Origin: Cyanobacteria bacterium auto_48_18
Lineage (GTDB): Bacteria; Cyanobacteriota; Vampirovibrionia; Obscuribacterales; Obscuribacteraceae
Length of the DNA stretch: 64,000 nt
Reading direction: 5' to 3'
Assembly (NCBI GenBank): GCA_036170915.1
Contig: JAVHQC010000020.1
Span: forward strand, 114,130-178,129
The translations under genes were made by a program, and so were the position numbers. Below the pieces are notes generated by a model. It ran no database searches, was not told the DNA's origin, and worked only from the letters and a program-made list of their open reading frames with translations. This document shows, in pieces, positions 9,894 through 19,451 of this stretch (positions are counted from its first letter, which is position 1; the number at the start of each line of letters is the position of its first letter).

Positions 9894-11201
9894 ATGTCGC
9901 AGTGGAATCGATATGAAGAAGACTACTCCAGCGGCGGCTATCGCCAGGATGTGGCCTATCAGAACGGCATATTTGACGATTATGCGATGCCTAATCGCCA
10001 GGTTAATCGAGATTATGATCGTGGCTATGACCGGTATGACCGTGGCTATGACCGTAATTATGATCGTGGCTATGACCGCGGCAATCTGGCAATGTCCGTC
10101 TCTTTGGGCCCAGTAGATTTTCTTCTCGGTAGTATTGCGAATGGCGGGAATGGCGCTTTTGGCATTCACAGCGGAAGATACGGACACCACCAGGGTCAAC
10201 AATGGGGACGCCAGACCTATTTGACTCCAGACTATAACTATCGGCGTGGCTATGAAGACTTTGGCGAATCATCTTATAACGTCGCTCAGGGATATCGTCC
10301 GCAAACCAGATTCGGCGATTCTTTCCGCCAGGATATTTACGATTCGCGCTTCCATAGGCACCATGACAGAAACCAGATGAACTTTGATCTGCGTTTCGAT
10401 GGAGGCCGCCAGTATCAGTCTGAGCGCTATTCGAGACCTTATATTCAAGAAGATTACAGAAGCTATGAACGTGAACGCTATGTGGAGCCTCGCCCGCGTA
10501 TGCCTGAGCGCGAGTATGTCCAGGAAAATTATGACAGTAACTATTTAGAAGAGACCGTCCAGACTGAGCGCACCCGTGAAGTGCAAACAGACGACCGTCC
10601 AACTCGTACATTGCCGACCAACGCAATGAGCGAGTACGACTGGGCTGTCTACACTAAACTTTGCAATACCGCCGAAGGGCTGATTGGCAAACGCACAACC
10701 GATTATGACAAGCGCGTGCCGACAGACAGGCTGGGTTGCGTCAAGGCCGTGAGCCTGCTCGTTGATCAAGCATTCGGCTATGATACCAATGACGTCAACA
10801 CTCGCACCTTTGAGAAAAATCTGCGCAACAAAGGCTTTGCCGAAGTGGCTGTAAGTGATATTAAGCCGGGCGATGTAATTCTTGGCTATCGCGCTGACGG
10901 TGACTATTCGCATGCCGCTTTGTATATGGGAAATGGCAAAATTTTCAATAACGATAGCGATGCCGGTACGATGCAAATTCAATCGATTGATAAATTCAAC
11001 TCGACTGAATACAAACGCTTTGTGATTTTGCGCCACCCGCCAAAAGTTCCTGGAGTAACAGGAGTAGCTGAAAAGAGCAACACAGCAACCGGTTCTTACG
11101 AAGCCGATGCTCAAATGCAACGCGGCGAGCAGCAGCAGCTGAACGTAGATCCGGAAGAAGATTTTCGGCCGGCTCCAACTCAGTCGCGCGCCAAGCGTTG
11201 A
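9894..11201 (+). CDS. Low-complexity Y/R/D/G/Q-rich N-terminus fused to an NlpC/P60-like (papain-fold) C-terminal domain
   Basis: GCVKAVS (Cys), IKPGDVIL, SHAALYMGNGK (His). ATG 9894 preferred over GTG 9825. Confidence 0.75.
   Translation: MSQWNRYEEDYSSGGYRQDVAYQNGIFDDYAMPNRQVNRDYDRGYDRYDRGYDRNYDRGYDRGNLAMSVSLGPVDFLLGSIANGGNGAFGIHSGRYGHHQGQQWGRQTYLTPDYNYRRGYEDFGESSYNVAQGYRPQTRFGDSFRQDIYDSRFHRHHDRNQMNFDLRFDGGRQYQSERYSRPYIQEDYRSYERERYVEPRPRMPEREYVQENYDSNYLEETVQTERTREVQTDDRPTRTLPTNAMSEYDWAVYTKLCNTAEGLIGKRTTDYDKRVPTDRLGCVKAVSLLVDQAFGYDTNDVNTRTFEKNLRNKGFAEVAVSDIKPGDVILGYRADGDYSHAALYMGNGKIFNNDSDAGTMQIQSIDKFNSTEYKRFVILRHPPKVPGVTGVAEKSNTATGSYEADAQMQRGEQQQLNVDPEEDFRPAPTQSRAKR
10014..10082 (+). repeat. 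Coding tandem repeat, six YDR(G/N) units
   Basis: TATGAYCGNGGC-type 12/9-nt units encoding YDRG YDR YDRG YDRN YDRG YDRG. Confidence 0.9.
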
Positions 11202-11277
11202 GACCGCCTGTAGTATCAAGTATTAGCTTGCGCCTGTAATGCTATTACGCTGGCTTCAGTAACATAGAGCGATGCGT

Positions 11278-12834
11278 TTACTTAGCACTCGTGGGCTTAA
11301 GGGTCTCTTCAATGCGCTTGAATATAGGCCCGGCATTGCGCACTTTTTGCCCTGCAGGAATCATGTCAAAAAATCCATCAGGCCGATCGCTGTCACCAAA
11401 GACTTCAAGGTCGTCGTCGTGGCCTAACTGCCACCATAAGTCTGATGCCAGTTTGGGCGCAAAAGGATATATTTGAAAAGCCATGCGCCTGAGCATTTCA
11501 ACTGAAGTATAAAGCACTTCTTGGCCTTCCTTGCTTTTGCCTTCTTTAAAGAGCGACCATGGTTTTTCATCGGCAAAATATTTGTTAGTCAAATCTACCA
11601 GTGCAAGAATAGAGTCAATCGCTTTGGCATACTCAAGTTTGACCATGTGGGCGTTGTAAACAACATGAAGTTCATTGGCATTTTCGCGAAGTAAATTTTC
11701 TGGTTTGGCGTCTGGAAGTTGGCTATCGCAATTGGTCTCTATCAGCTTCAGTGTGCGGCTGAGCAAATTACCCATGCCGTTAGCCAGTGCGGAGTTGCAG
11801 GTGCTAATAAACTCGGCCTTCGAGAAATCACCATCTTGATCCATTGGTGTGCGACTGAACAAATAAAAGCGCACCGCGTCGGCGCCGTACTCTTCCACCA
11901 GTTTGTTTGGATCAATCACATTGCCTAGCGACTTGCTTATTTTCTGCCCTTCTACGGTAATAAATCCATGAGCGAAGATCTGCTTGGGCAGCGGAATACC
12001 GGCAGCGAGTAGGAATGCCGTCCAATAGATGCTGTGAAACTTAGTGATGTCTTTGCCAATTAAATGCAAGTCGGCTGGCCAGTATTTTTGAAACTGCTCG
12101 TCGTCAGTAAGATATCCACAGCCCGTGATGTAATTACTCAGCGCGTCCATCCACACGTAAATGACCTGGTCATCATCGTCAGGCACAGGGATGCCCCAGG
12201 TCAGTGATTTTTTCGAACGGGAAACGCTGAAGTCACCGAGCTCAGGATCATTCAACTGATTGAGAACTTCTTTTCGTCGACCGTCCGGCTGCACAGCAGT
12301 CGGATTGGCTTCCAGCCAAGCTTGTATTTGTGGTTTGTATTTTGTCAGCTTGAAAAAATAATTTTCTTCTGCCACTTGCTTTGGTGGCTTAAGGTGATTG
12401 ACGCAATTGCCGTTAGCATCTAGATCTCGCTCTCTGACAAAGTCTTCACAACCTTCACAGTAGAGCGCTGAGTAAGTTGATTTGTAAATGTCTCCTTGAT
12501 CGCGCAATTTGCGAAACAAACTTTGCACCACTTTCTCATGATCGGCCTCAGTGGTGCGAATAAATCGATCGTAAGAGAGATTGAGATTGTTCCAACTCTC
12601 TTTGAACATCTCTGAAATTTCGTCGCAAAACGCTTGCGGTGTTTTGCCCGCTTGTTCTGCCGATCTTTGAATCTTGATGCCGTGTTCATCAACCCCAGTG
12701 AGGAAACGGACGTCATAAGCTCTCATGCGGTAATAGCGCGCAATAACGTCGGCTGCAATTTTCTCGTAGGCGTGGCCGATATGCGGAGCGGCATTAACGT
12801 AATCGATGGCTGTTGTGACGTAGAACTTATTCAT
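11278..12834 (-). CDS. metG: Methionyl-tRNA synthetase (short form)
   Basis: TTAIDYVNAAPHIGH, GVDEHG, GKDITKFH, KISKSLGN. Confidence 0.97.
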   Translation of the reverse strand: MNKFYVTTAIDYVNAAPHIGHAYEKIAADVIARYYRMRAYDVRFLTGVDEHGIKIQRSAEQAGKTPQAFCDEISEMFKESWNNLNLSYDRFIRTTEADHEKVVQSLFRKLRDQGDIYKSTYSALYCEGCEDFVRERDLDANGNCVNHLKPPKQVAEENYFFKLTKYKPQIQAWLEANPTAVQPDGRRKEVLNQLNDPELGDFSVSRSKKSLTWGIPVPDDDDQVIYVWMDALSNYITGCGYLTDDEQFQKYWPADLHLIGKDITKFHSIYWTAFLLAAGIPLPKQIFAHGFITVEGQKISKSLGNVIDPNKLVEEYGADAVRFYLFSRTPMDQDGDFSKAEFISTCNSALANGMGNLLSRTLKLIETNCDSQLPDAKPENLLRENANELHVVYNAHMVKLEYAKAIDSILALVDLTNKYFADEKPWSLFKEGKSKEGQEVLYTSVEMLRRMAFQIYPFAPKLASDLWWQLGHDDDLEVFGDSDRPDGFFDMIPAGQKVRNAGPIFKRIEETLKPTSAK

Positions 12835-13003
12835 CGAGTTGAACGTATCCTTATTTGGAATGATTTAGATGGTTATTTCATTTACAATATCAGTAGACCA
12901 TAATAGTACAGAGTGACAGAATGTTGATTCTTGAGCCAATTCGTTTTGAGCGTCAGCTCTTCAAAGAATTTGTTTGTGGCCGTCGTAACAGAGGTAAGGT
13001 GCA

Positions 13004-14281
13004 ATGACCATGAAGAAGTCTTCCAAGAAAAGAGATACCAAATTCGGCTTCGACTCCTTCAATCCACTTGAGAACAAGACGGTGTTGCTCGGCATTAGCG
13101 GTGGCATTGCTGCTTACAAAGCCTGTGATATCGCTTCCCAGTTGAGGCATGCTGGAGCTGATGTTCATGCTGTGCTCACTCCCAATGCAAAAGAGTTTAT
13201 TACTCCACTTTCGCTAACGACTATAACCCGCAACCAGGCTCATTGTGAGCAATATGGACCGGCCGCAGATTGGCGTCCAGAGCATATCGATTTGGCCAAG
13301 AAAGCAGATTTGATTTTAATCGCTCCTGCCACTGCCGACATAATCGCTAAGCTTGCCAACGGCATTTGCGATGACTTGCTAACTTCGATGGTGTTGGCAT
13401 CACCGGCCAAAGTAATGATCGCTCCAGCGATGAATCCTCTAATGCTGCAGCATCCAGCCACTCAACATAATCTGGCGATATTAGAGAATCGCTATCGCTA
13501 CGACGTTATTCCACCAGAGTACGGCGAAGTCGCTTGCGGTGACTGGGGCACCGGGAAGATGGCTGCTGTTGAGACCATCATTGCTGCTGTAGCGGCCAGA
13601 TTGCTAGCCCACTTGACCCTTTCAACCAAGCGATTATTGATCACCGCTGGTGGCACTCGAGAACCGATTGATCCAGTGCGCTTTATCGGCAACCGCTCTT
13701 CCGGCAAAATGGGCATAGCTATGGCCGACGCTGCTCACGGTCGTGGGGCCGATGTAACTCTGGTTTCGACTGTCGATGTAGAACGAGCCTATCCGGTGAT
13801 TGTGGTTGAGACTGCTCAAGAAATGCAAGATTCTGTAGAGTCAGAATTTGACGGCTGCGATGCACTGGTGATGACCGCTGCTGTGGCTGATTTCCGACCA
13901 CTGACTACCTCCACTCATAAAATTAAAAAGACTGATTCTGAGGACTTAGTTTTAGAGCTAACTAAAAATCCAGACATTATCGATTTGCTGGGACGTGTCA
14001 AACGCAAAGACCAGGTGATCATTGGCTTTGCTGCTGAGTCTGAGGCCTTGCTTTCGAACGCCACTCAAAAGCTCAAGCGTAAGAATCTCGATGTCATTGT
14101 CGGTAACGATATCTCGGTGCCTGATATCGGTTTTGGCTCAGACGATAATGCCGTTATTATTCTCAATTCTGATGGCACTAAAGAGAGTTTGCCGCGTATG
14201 CCAAAAAGGGCAATTGCAGAGCACCTCTGTGACCTGCTTGCTGAGCGTTTTCAAGTCATAGAAAAGACGCCTGTCCACTGA
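13004..14281 (+). CDS. coaBC: Phosphopantothenoylcysteine decarboxylase/synthetase
   Basis: [47 protein letters not shown]. Confidence 0.97.
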   Translation: MTMKKSSKKRDTKFGFDSFNPLENKTVLLGISGGIAAYKACDIASQLRHAGADVHAVLTPNAKEFITPLSLTTITRNQAHCEQYGPAADWRPEHIDLAKKADLILIAPATADIIAKLANGICDDLLTSMVLASPAKVMIAPAMNPLMLQHPATQHNLAILENRYRYDVIPPEYGEVACGDWGTGKMAAVETIIAAVAARLLAHLTLSTKRLLITAGGTREPIDPVRFIGNRSSGKMGIAMADAAHGRGADVTLVSTVDVERAYPVIVVETAQEMQDSVESEFDGCDALVMTAAVADFRPLTTSTHKIKKTDSEDLVLELTKNPDIIDLLGRVKRKDQVIIGFAAESEALLSNATQKLKRKNLDVIVGNDISVPDIGFGSDDNAVIILNSDGTKESLPRMPKRAIAEHLCDLLAERFQVIEKTPVH

Positions 14282-14297
14282 TTGCGGTCTCGTCTGA

Positions 14298-14326
14298 AAA
14301 CTTAGATCGATATCAATGCAGGGTTT
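14298..14326. repeat. Palindromic repeat family, copy 3 (degenerate)
   Basis: AAACTTAGATCGAT|ATCAATGCAGGGTTT just downstream of the coaBC stop; left arm 13/14 identical to copy 2. Confidence 0.7.
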
Positions 14327-14499
14327 AATTTGGGGTAGTTATCCAACTATCCCGCGACTATCTTTCAAGCAAAATTGGGCCGGCTTTAAAAGAATGGCGT
14401 TAAACAAGCATTCACACATAGATCATTCGAGGCTATATATAAGCACTGAGTGATATACTCCGTGTCTGAATATCGGGGTCGGAGGCCAGTAGAAACTTT

Positions 14500-14844
14500 A
14501 TGGGTAGAGCCAATCAATCGCAAGATCAATCCATGCAAAAAGCCGGTGGCGGCTTGGGATCCCTTCTCACAGGACTGGTTTTGGGCATGCTCGGCGGCGT
14601 TACTTTAGCTCTGCTGACAGCACCAAAATCTGGTAGTGAGACAATCAACGTCATTCAAAGAAGCGCTAAAGATGTGCCAGAGCGCCTTGGTGAAGTTGTA
14701 GACGACTCTCTTGACCTTTACGCTTCCCTTCTCAACTATTGCCAACTGAGCGTAGAAGAGCAAGGCTTGCGCTTTAAAAGAGCTCTGGCTGCGGGCAAAT
14801 TAGCCGCTGCTAAAAAGCGTGAAGAAATCGAAATCGGCGGTTAA
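14500..14844 (+). CDS. YtxH-domain protein
   Basis: Glycine-rich TM followed by LLTAPKSGSET. Confidence 0.8.
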   Translation: MGRANQSQDQSMQKAGGGLGSLLTGLVLGMLGGVTLALLTAPKSGSETINVIQRSAKDVPERLGEVVDDSLDLYASLLNYCQLSVEEQGLRFKRALAAGKLAAAKKREEIEIGG

Positions 14845-14854
14845 TGAGCTTTCG

Positions 14855-14929
14855 GTTCAATGTCCAAAGTTCAATCTCCAAAATTCAAAGTTCAGCGTTC
14901 AATGTTCGACGTCTTGTTCAATGATCAGC
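14855..14929. repeat. Intergenic heptamer tandem repeat, consensus GTTCAAW
   Basis: GTTCAAT GTCCAAA GTTCAAT CTCCAAA ATTCAAA GTTCAGC GTTCAAT GTTCGAC (gtctt) GTTCAAT GATCAGC. Confidence 0.85.
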
Positions 14930-14968
14930 ATTTCCAGCAGGTTTCAACCTAGATAAAAGGGGTTTTTT

Positions 14969-15403
14969 GTGGAGCACGTTACGTCTTGGATGGACATCTT
15001 AGTGGCCGTGGCCCTTATTTTCCTGGCCGTGTCACTAATGGCAGTCAGTCTGCCTTTGATGTCGATGGTGAAACAGTCTGAGCGCACTCTTTCCGCTTTA
15101 GAACGCCTTTTCGGCACCATCGATCGCGAATTGGGACCAACGCTGAAGCAGGTCGACACACTTCTCGGTACTGTGCTTGAGCTCAAGACTAGCGCTGAAA
15201 AACGTATTACTGAAGTGGGCTCTAAAGTTGGCGATGTCAAAGGTGGTCTGACTAAAATTACCGGTGAAGCCAAGAAGCAGTCTTCTGTCTTTGGCGCCGG
15301 GTTATTCGCGGGCATACGTTCTTATATCGAGCGACCCGATAAAGCCCGCCAGGAATCAGCAAAAGAAAATGAAGCAATGAGACTGTCCGAAGTGGGCAAA
15401 TAA
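14969..15403 (+). CDS. DUF948/YtxG-like membrane-anchored helical protein
   Basis: N-terminal TM then amphipathic helices (RELGPTL); lies between two YtxH genes. Confidence 0.7.
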   Translation: MEHVTSWMDILVAVALIFLAVSLMAVSLPLMSMVKQSERTLSALERLFGTIDRELGPTLKQVDTLLGTVLELKTSAEKRITEVGSKVGDVKGGLTKITGEAKKQSSVFGAGLFAGIRSYIERPDKARQESAKENEAMRLSEVGK

Positions 15404-15430
15404 AATTCAGTAAGGATTGAGGTGAAATAA

Positions 15431-15763
15431 ATGAGCAGATTTCTAGAAGGGTTGGTGGTTGGTGGAGTGTTGGGCTACATTGTTGGCATTCTATCTGCTC
15501 CTAAGTCTGGCGCAGAGTTGAGACAGCAAATCGCCGACAATTCGGAAGACTTATATAAGCAAGCATCTGACTCTCTCGTTGATATTCGCGAGAAAACTGG
15601 CACTGTGATCAATGAAGCTCAAACCAAAGGCACCGAAGTCTTCAAGAAAGCTTCAGACTCAGTGGTGGGCACTAAAGATCAAATTGCGCAGAAGCTCCAG
15701 GAGTTGGCTGGCCAAAGCACCAAAGTAATGGTTGACGATGTGGAAAGTGCCACCTCGGGCTAA
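15431..15763 (+). CDS. YtxH-domain protein
   Basis: FLEGLVVGGVLG...APKSGAELR; GAGGTG RBS. Confidence 0.85.
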   Translation: MSRFLEGLVVGGVLGYIVGILSAPKSGAELRQQIADNSEDLYKQASDSLVDIREKTGTVINEAQTKGTEVFKKASDSVVGTKDQIAQKLQELAGQSTKVMVDDVESATSG

Positions 15764-15781
15764 CAGTTAGAGATAGATTGA

Positions 15782-16540
15782 TTGAATAAGAAAAATTCCA
15801 GTCCCAAGCGGCTGCTGAGGCTTAATCGTGCTTTAGCGGCCACTGGCCTTTGTTCTCGTCGCAAGGCTGATGTGTTGATCGCCGAAGGTCAGGTTCGCCT
15901 TAACGGCGAAGTGGTGACCGATTTTAATCGGTTGGTAGACTTGGGCCGAGACAAACTGGCTGTGGACGGTGTTCCCCTTCATGGCAAGCGGCTCGAGTAT
16001 GTTGTCATGAATAAGCCCAAAGGTGTGGTGGTAACTTGCGACGATGATCGTGGCAGGCGCACTGTAATCGATCTGTTACCAGAAGAGTTGATGCATCTCA
16101 AGCCGGTGGGCCGGCTAGATTCAGATTCCGAGGGGCTCTTGCTGCTCACCAATGACGGAGACTTGGCCCGTTTCCTTACCCACCCCTCTCACGAAGTGCC
16201 CAAGCTTTATAGAGTCAACGTGGAAGGCGACATATCCAAGAATGCGATAACGGCACTGCGACAGGGAGTGCGGTTGTCAGAAGGAATGACTGAGCCTGCC
16301 TTCGTGCGTAAAATTTCTGCAAATACTCGTTATTCTCAAATCGAAATTGAGCTAACGGAAGGCAAGAATCGGCAGATCAGGCGGATGTTAGCTCAGGTTG
16401 GTTACAGAGTAACGCGTTTGGTCAGGGTTGCCATTGGTGGGTTACAATTAAGTCAACTGGAGTCTGGATCGTGGCGGCATCTGAACAATCAGGAATTGGC
16501 CTTCCTGCGAGCTGCTGAGGCGGAGCAAAACGTAGAATAG
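15782..16540 (+). CDS. rRNA pseudouridine synthase, RluB/RsuA family
   Basis: S4 domain (CSRRKAD), NKPKG, VGRLDSDSEGLLLLTNDG, EGKNRQIRRM. Confidence 0.93.
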   Translation: MNKKNSSPKRLLRLNRALAATGLCSRRKADVLIAEGQVRLNGEVVTDFNRLVDLGRDKLAVDGVPLHGKRLEYVVMNKPKGVVVTCDDDRGRRTVIDLLPEELMHLKPVGRLDSDSEGLLLLTNDGDLARFLTHPSHEVPKLYRVNVEGDISKNAITALRQGVRLSEGMTEPAFVRKISANTRYSQIEIELTEGKNRQIRRMLAQVGYRVTRLVRVAIGGLQLSQLESGSWRHLNNQELAFLRAAEAEQNVE

Positions 16541-16619
16541 CGATGGTGTTGCCGTAATTCAGTGGTAAGCAGTCGCCAGCAGCAAATGAATACACTTTGA
16601 AAATACCTGGATACGCGAA

Positions 16620-17681
16620 ATGTCTCTTGAGCAGATTGGGCAGAAACTAAAAAACACACGCGAGGCGCAAAACCTGACTCTTGGGCAGGTTTATGATCGC
16701 ACCAAAATTCCCACAAATCATATTGATGCTCTTGAGAGTGGAAGGTTTGATGACCTGCCAGAGCCGGTTTATGTAGCTGGTTTTATCAAACGCTACGGTG
16801 AGATGCTGGGTTTAAACGGACAGTCTCTGGCAGACGAATACAAACGCGCTGGTCAGCCGGCACCAGATACGGGGCGCGGACTGTTCAACCGCGGTGGTGG
16901 TGTGCAACAAGCAGTGGCACCCGTGGTCTATGTCTCTAAAGCACGCGTTGAAACTGAGGCGCCAAGCTTTACTAAAACATTTTTCTATCCAAGTTTGTTG
17001 CTGGTGGCCGTTCTTGGTGTTGTCTGCGGCCTGGGTGCGTGGTATCAAGCGCAAATGGCTAATCAGCAAGATCCTGGTGTACTCGCACTTGGACGCTCTG
17101 CCGACCGCTACAATGCCGCTCAAATTCCTGCCACTGTTAGTGGTACCGCTGTTAACGGTCAACCGGTTAATGGCACAACTGCTGCTCCTAACACAGATAA
17201 CAAAATCGCTTTGCTGGCCAGTCAGCACGTCTGGCTAGAAGTCAAATCGCTGGCTTCCGGACAATCCTTGTATACCGGTTATTTAGAGATGGGAGAGCGC
17301 CGCGACTTTCAAGATCCGCAAGGGCTGCGAGTGCGCGCTGGCAACGGCGGAAGTCTAACTGTTGATTATCAAGGCAAGTCGGAATCGTTCGGTCTGGCTG
17401 GCAAAACCACTGAACGTGTCTTTGCTCCAGTTGCTAGCGCCACAACAGGCGACGCTGCTACTGCTGCTGCCACAGCCGCCAGCATAGCCAAACCTGTAAC
17501 AACTGTAAAGTGGAAACCAGCCGTGAGAAAAGCCACAGTTGATGGCTCCGGCAGCCAGGGGCGCCGCTCTCGCCGTTCTGACGAGGGTACACGCGACATT
17601 CCAGGTGTCTCATCTGGAGGCGGTGCTAGATCCATAGATGTGCCATACCGCTACAATGAGGGTCGTCTTGATAACGATTAG
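16620..17681 (+). CDS. rodZ: Cytoskeleton protein RodZ (HTH, TM, DUF4115-like domain)
   Basis: IGQKLKNTRE, ALESGRFDDLPEPVYVAGFIKRY, single TM, RVRAGNGG. Confidence 0.88.
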   Translation: MSLEQIGQKLKNTREAQNLTLGQVYDRTKIPTNHIDALESGRFDDLPEPVYVAGFIKRYGEMLGLNGQSLADEYKRAGQPAPDTGRGLFNRGGGVQQAVAPVVYVSKARVETEAPSFTKTFFYPSLLLVAVLGVVCGLGAWYQAQMANQQDPGVLALGRSADRYNAAQIPATVSGTAVNGQPVNGTTAAPNTDNKIALLASQHVWLEVKSLASGQSLYTGYLEMGERRDFQDPQGLRVRAGNGGSLTVDYQGKSESFGLAGKTTERVFAPVASATTGDAATAAATAASIAKPVTTVKWKPAVRKATVDGSGSQGRRSRRSDEGTRDIPGVSSGGGARSIDVPYRYNEGRLDND

Positions 17682-17741
17682 AGCATTCAACGTATATTTC
17701 AGTTGAGAGCCAAGCGTTAGCGACTCTGGAGAAAGTGAGAA

Positions 17742-19151
17742 ATGCGTAACCCTAAAATAGGGGTGGTTTCTTTGGGTTGTCCCAAAAATGCCACTGACAC
17801 GGAAGTGATGCTCGGTCTTTTGAACGAGGCCGGATTCGAAGTCACTTTCGACAATGACGATGCCGACATGTGCCTGGTCAATACCTGCTCATTTATCGGA
17901 GACGCTCGCAAGGAGTCGGTGCGCACCCTTGTTGAATTAGCTGATCAGGGCAAAGAGCTTATTATTGCAGGCTGTCTGGCCCAGCATTTCAAAGAAGAAT
18001 TATTGACAGAAATACCAGAGGCGCGAGCAGTAGTAGGCACTGGTGATATCACTAAGATCGTCGATGTAATCAAAGCCGTGGCTCGCGACTCATCTTTAAG
18101 AGTGGTGGAAGTCAGCGATGTGCCGAACAATTATGATGACGAAGTATTGCCGCGGATGGCCATAGGCGTTGGCGCTTCTGCATATTTGAAAATCGCTGAA
18201 GGCTGCGATCATGCCTGCACTTTCTGTATCATTCCGATTCTGCGAGGCAAGTTCCGCTCGCGCACCATTGAGTCGCTTGTTAAAGAAGCACGTATTTTGG
18301 TGAAGGGCGGAGTCAAAGAAATCATTCTGGTATCACAAGATTCCAGCTATTACGGACTTGATATTTACAATAAAATGGCTCTGCCAGAGCTTCTTGAAGC
18401 ACTGCATGAGATTGAAGATCTGGACTGGATTCGCATTATGTATTGCTATCCAACCGAGACTAATCGCGCTTTACTTGAAACCATTGGCCGTTTGCCCAAA
18501 GTCGTAAAGTATGTAGACATTCCACTGCAACACTCACATCCTGCCGTTCTCTCAGCCATGGCAAGACCAAGAAATCCTGAAAAAGTTATGGACTTAATTC
18601 GCGAAGTCTTGCCGGAAGTAAAAATTCGTTCCACATTTATCGTCGGATTCCCTGGCGAAACAGACGAGCAGTTTGAGCATCTTGTGCAGTTTATCGAGAA
18701 ATATCGCTTCGACAGACTAGGCGTATTTACCTATTCCAAACAGACTGAAGTGCCTTCCGGTCACATGGACAATCAGATTACTGAAAAAGTGAAAAAGGCC
18801 AGACGCAACCGTATTATGCGTTTGCAGCACGATATTGCTTTTTCTTCCAACAAAGCCATGATCGGTCAAGTGATACCAGTGTTAATCGAAAGCTATGACG
18901 AGAGCAAAAATCTCTACATCGGCCGCAGCCCCTGGGATGCTCCAGGTATCGACAATCAAGTCTATGTGCGTTCCTCGGATGATGCGCCCGTCTACATGGC
19001 AGAGGTAAATATGGTACTTATCGAAGAAGCCAAACCCTACGATTTAATTGGTGTTGCTTGCAGTGGCACAGAAAACGGCCCGATTACTGAGGCATCAGGT
19101 GCCTCGGAATCGGACAAAGAATTGGTAACGGCAGTTTCCATTTCTAAATAG
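17742..19151 (+). CDS. rimO: Ribosomal protein S12 methylthiotransferase
   Basis: SLGCPKN, VNTCSFI, KIAEGCDHACTFCIIP radical-SAM motif, FIVGFPGET, DAPGID TRAM domain. Confidence 0.96.
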   Translation: MRNPKIGVVSLGCPKNATDTEVMLGLLNEAGFEVTFDNDDADMCLVNTCSFIGDARKESVRTLVELADQGKELIIAGCLAQHFKEELLTEIPEARAVVGTGDITKIVDVIKAVARDSSLRVVEVSDVPNNYDDEVLPRMAIGVGASAYLKIAEGCDHACTFCIIPILRGKFRSRTIESLVKEARILVKGGVKEIILVSQDSSYYGLDIYNKMALPELLEALHEIEDLDWIRIMYCYPTETNRALLETIGRLPKVVKYVDIPLQHSHPAVLSAMARPRNPEKVMDLIREVLPEVKIRSTFIVGFPGETDEQFEHLVQFIEKYRFDRLGVFTYSKQTEVPSGHMDNQITEKVKKARRNRIMRLQHDIAFSSNKAMIGQVIPVLIESYDESKNLYIGRSPWDAPGIDNQVYVRSSDDAPVYMAEVNMVLIEEAKPYDLIGVACSGTENGPITEASGASESDKELVTAVSISK

Positions 19152-19247
19152 AATTTGGTTGCGCTAAACATGCATTGATTAGGTCGTTTTTTGGATTGTT
19201 GGTTTTGTCCTGGGGCCGGCGGGCGTGCTGGTCTGAAACTCTATCCT

Positions 19248-19274
19248 AAACTTGGATCGATATCCATCCGGGTT
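19248..19274. repeat. Palindromic repeat family, copy 4 (hybrid arms)
   Basis: AAACTTGGATCGAT|ATCCATCCGGGTT; left arm equals copy 2, right arm resembles copy 5. Confidence 0.85.
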
Positions 19275-19451
19275 CACCGATTAAAGACTTCCACCTCTCA
19301 AATTTAGTCAAATTTAGTACTAAATATGGTGCTAGATTTGCTTTGCACTATTAATAGTCAAAAAACAGCCATTTCAAATAATAGTTTTCATTTTGTTTGA
19401 ACTTTCCCGTTCGATTTTACGTTGAACATAATAGGACCGGGAGGGAAAGTC

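Noticed and set aside
10003..11219. Long antisense ORFs of 207 and 224 aa
   Set aside because: They lie opposite a motif-bearing gene and have no recognisable features; the repeats explain the GHSHDH pattern.
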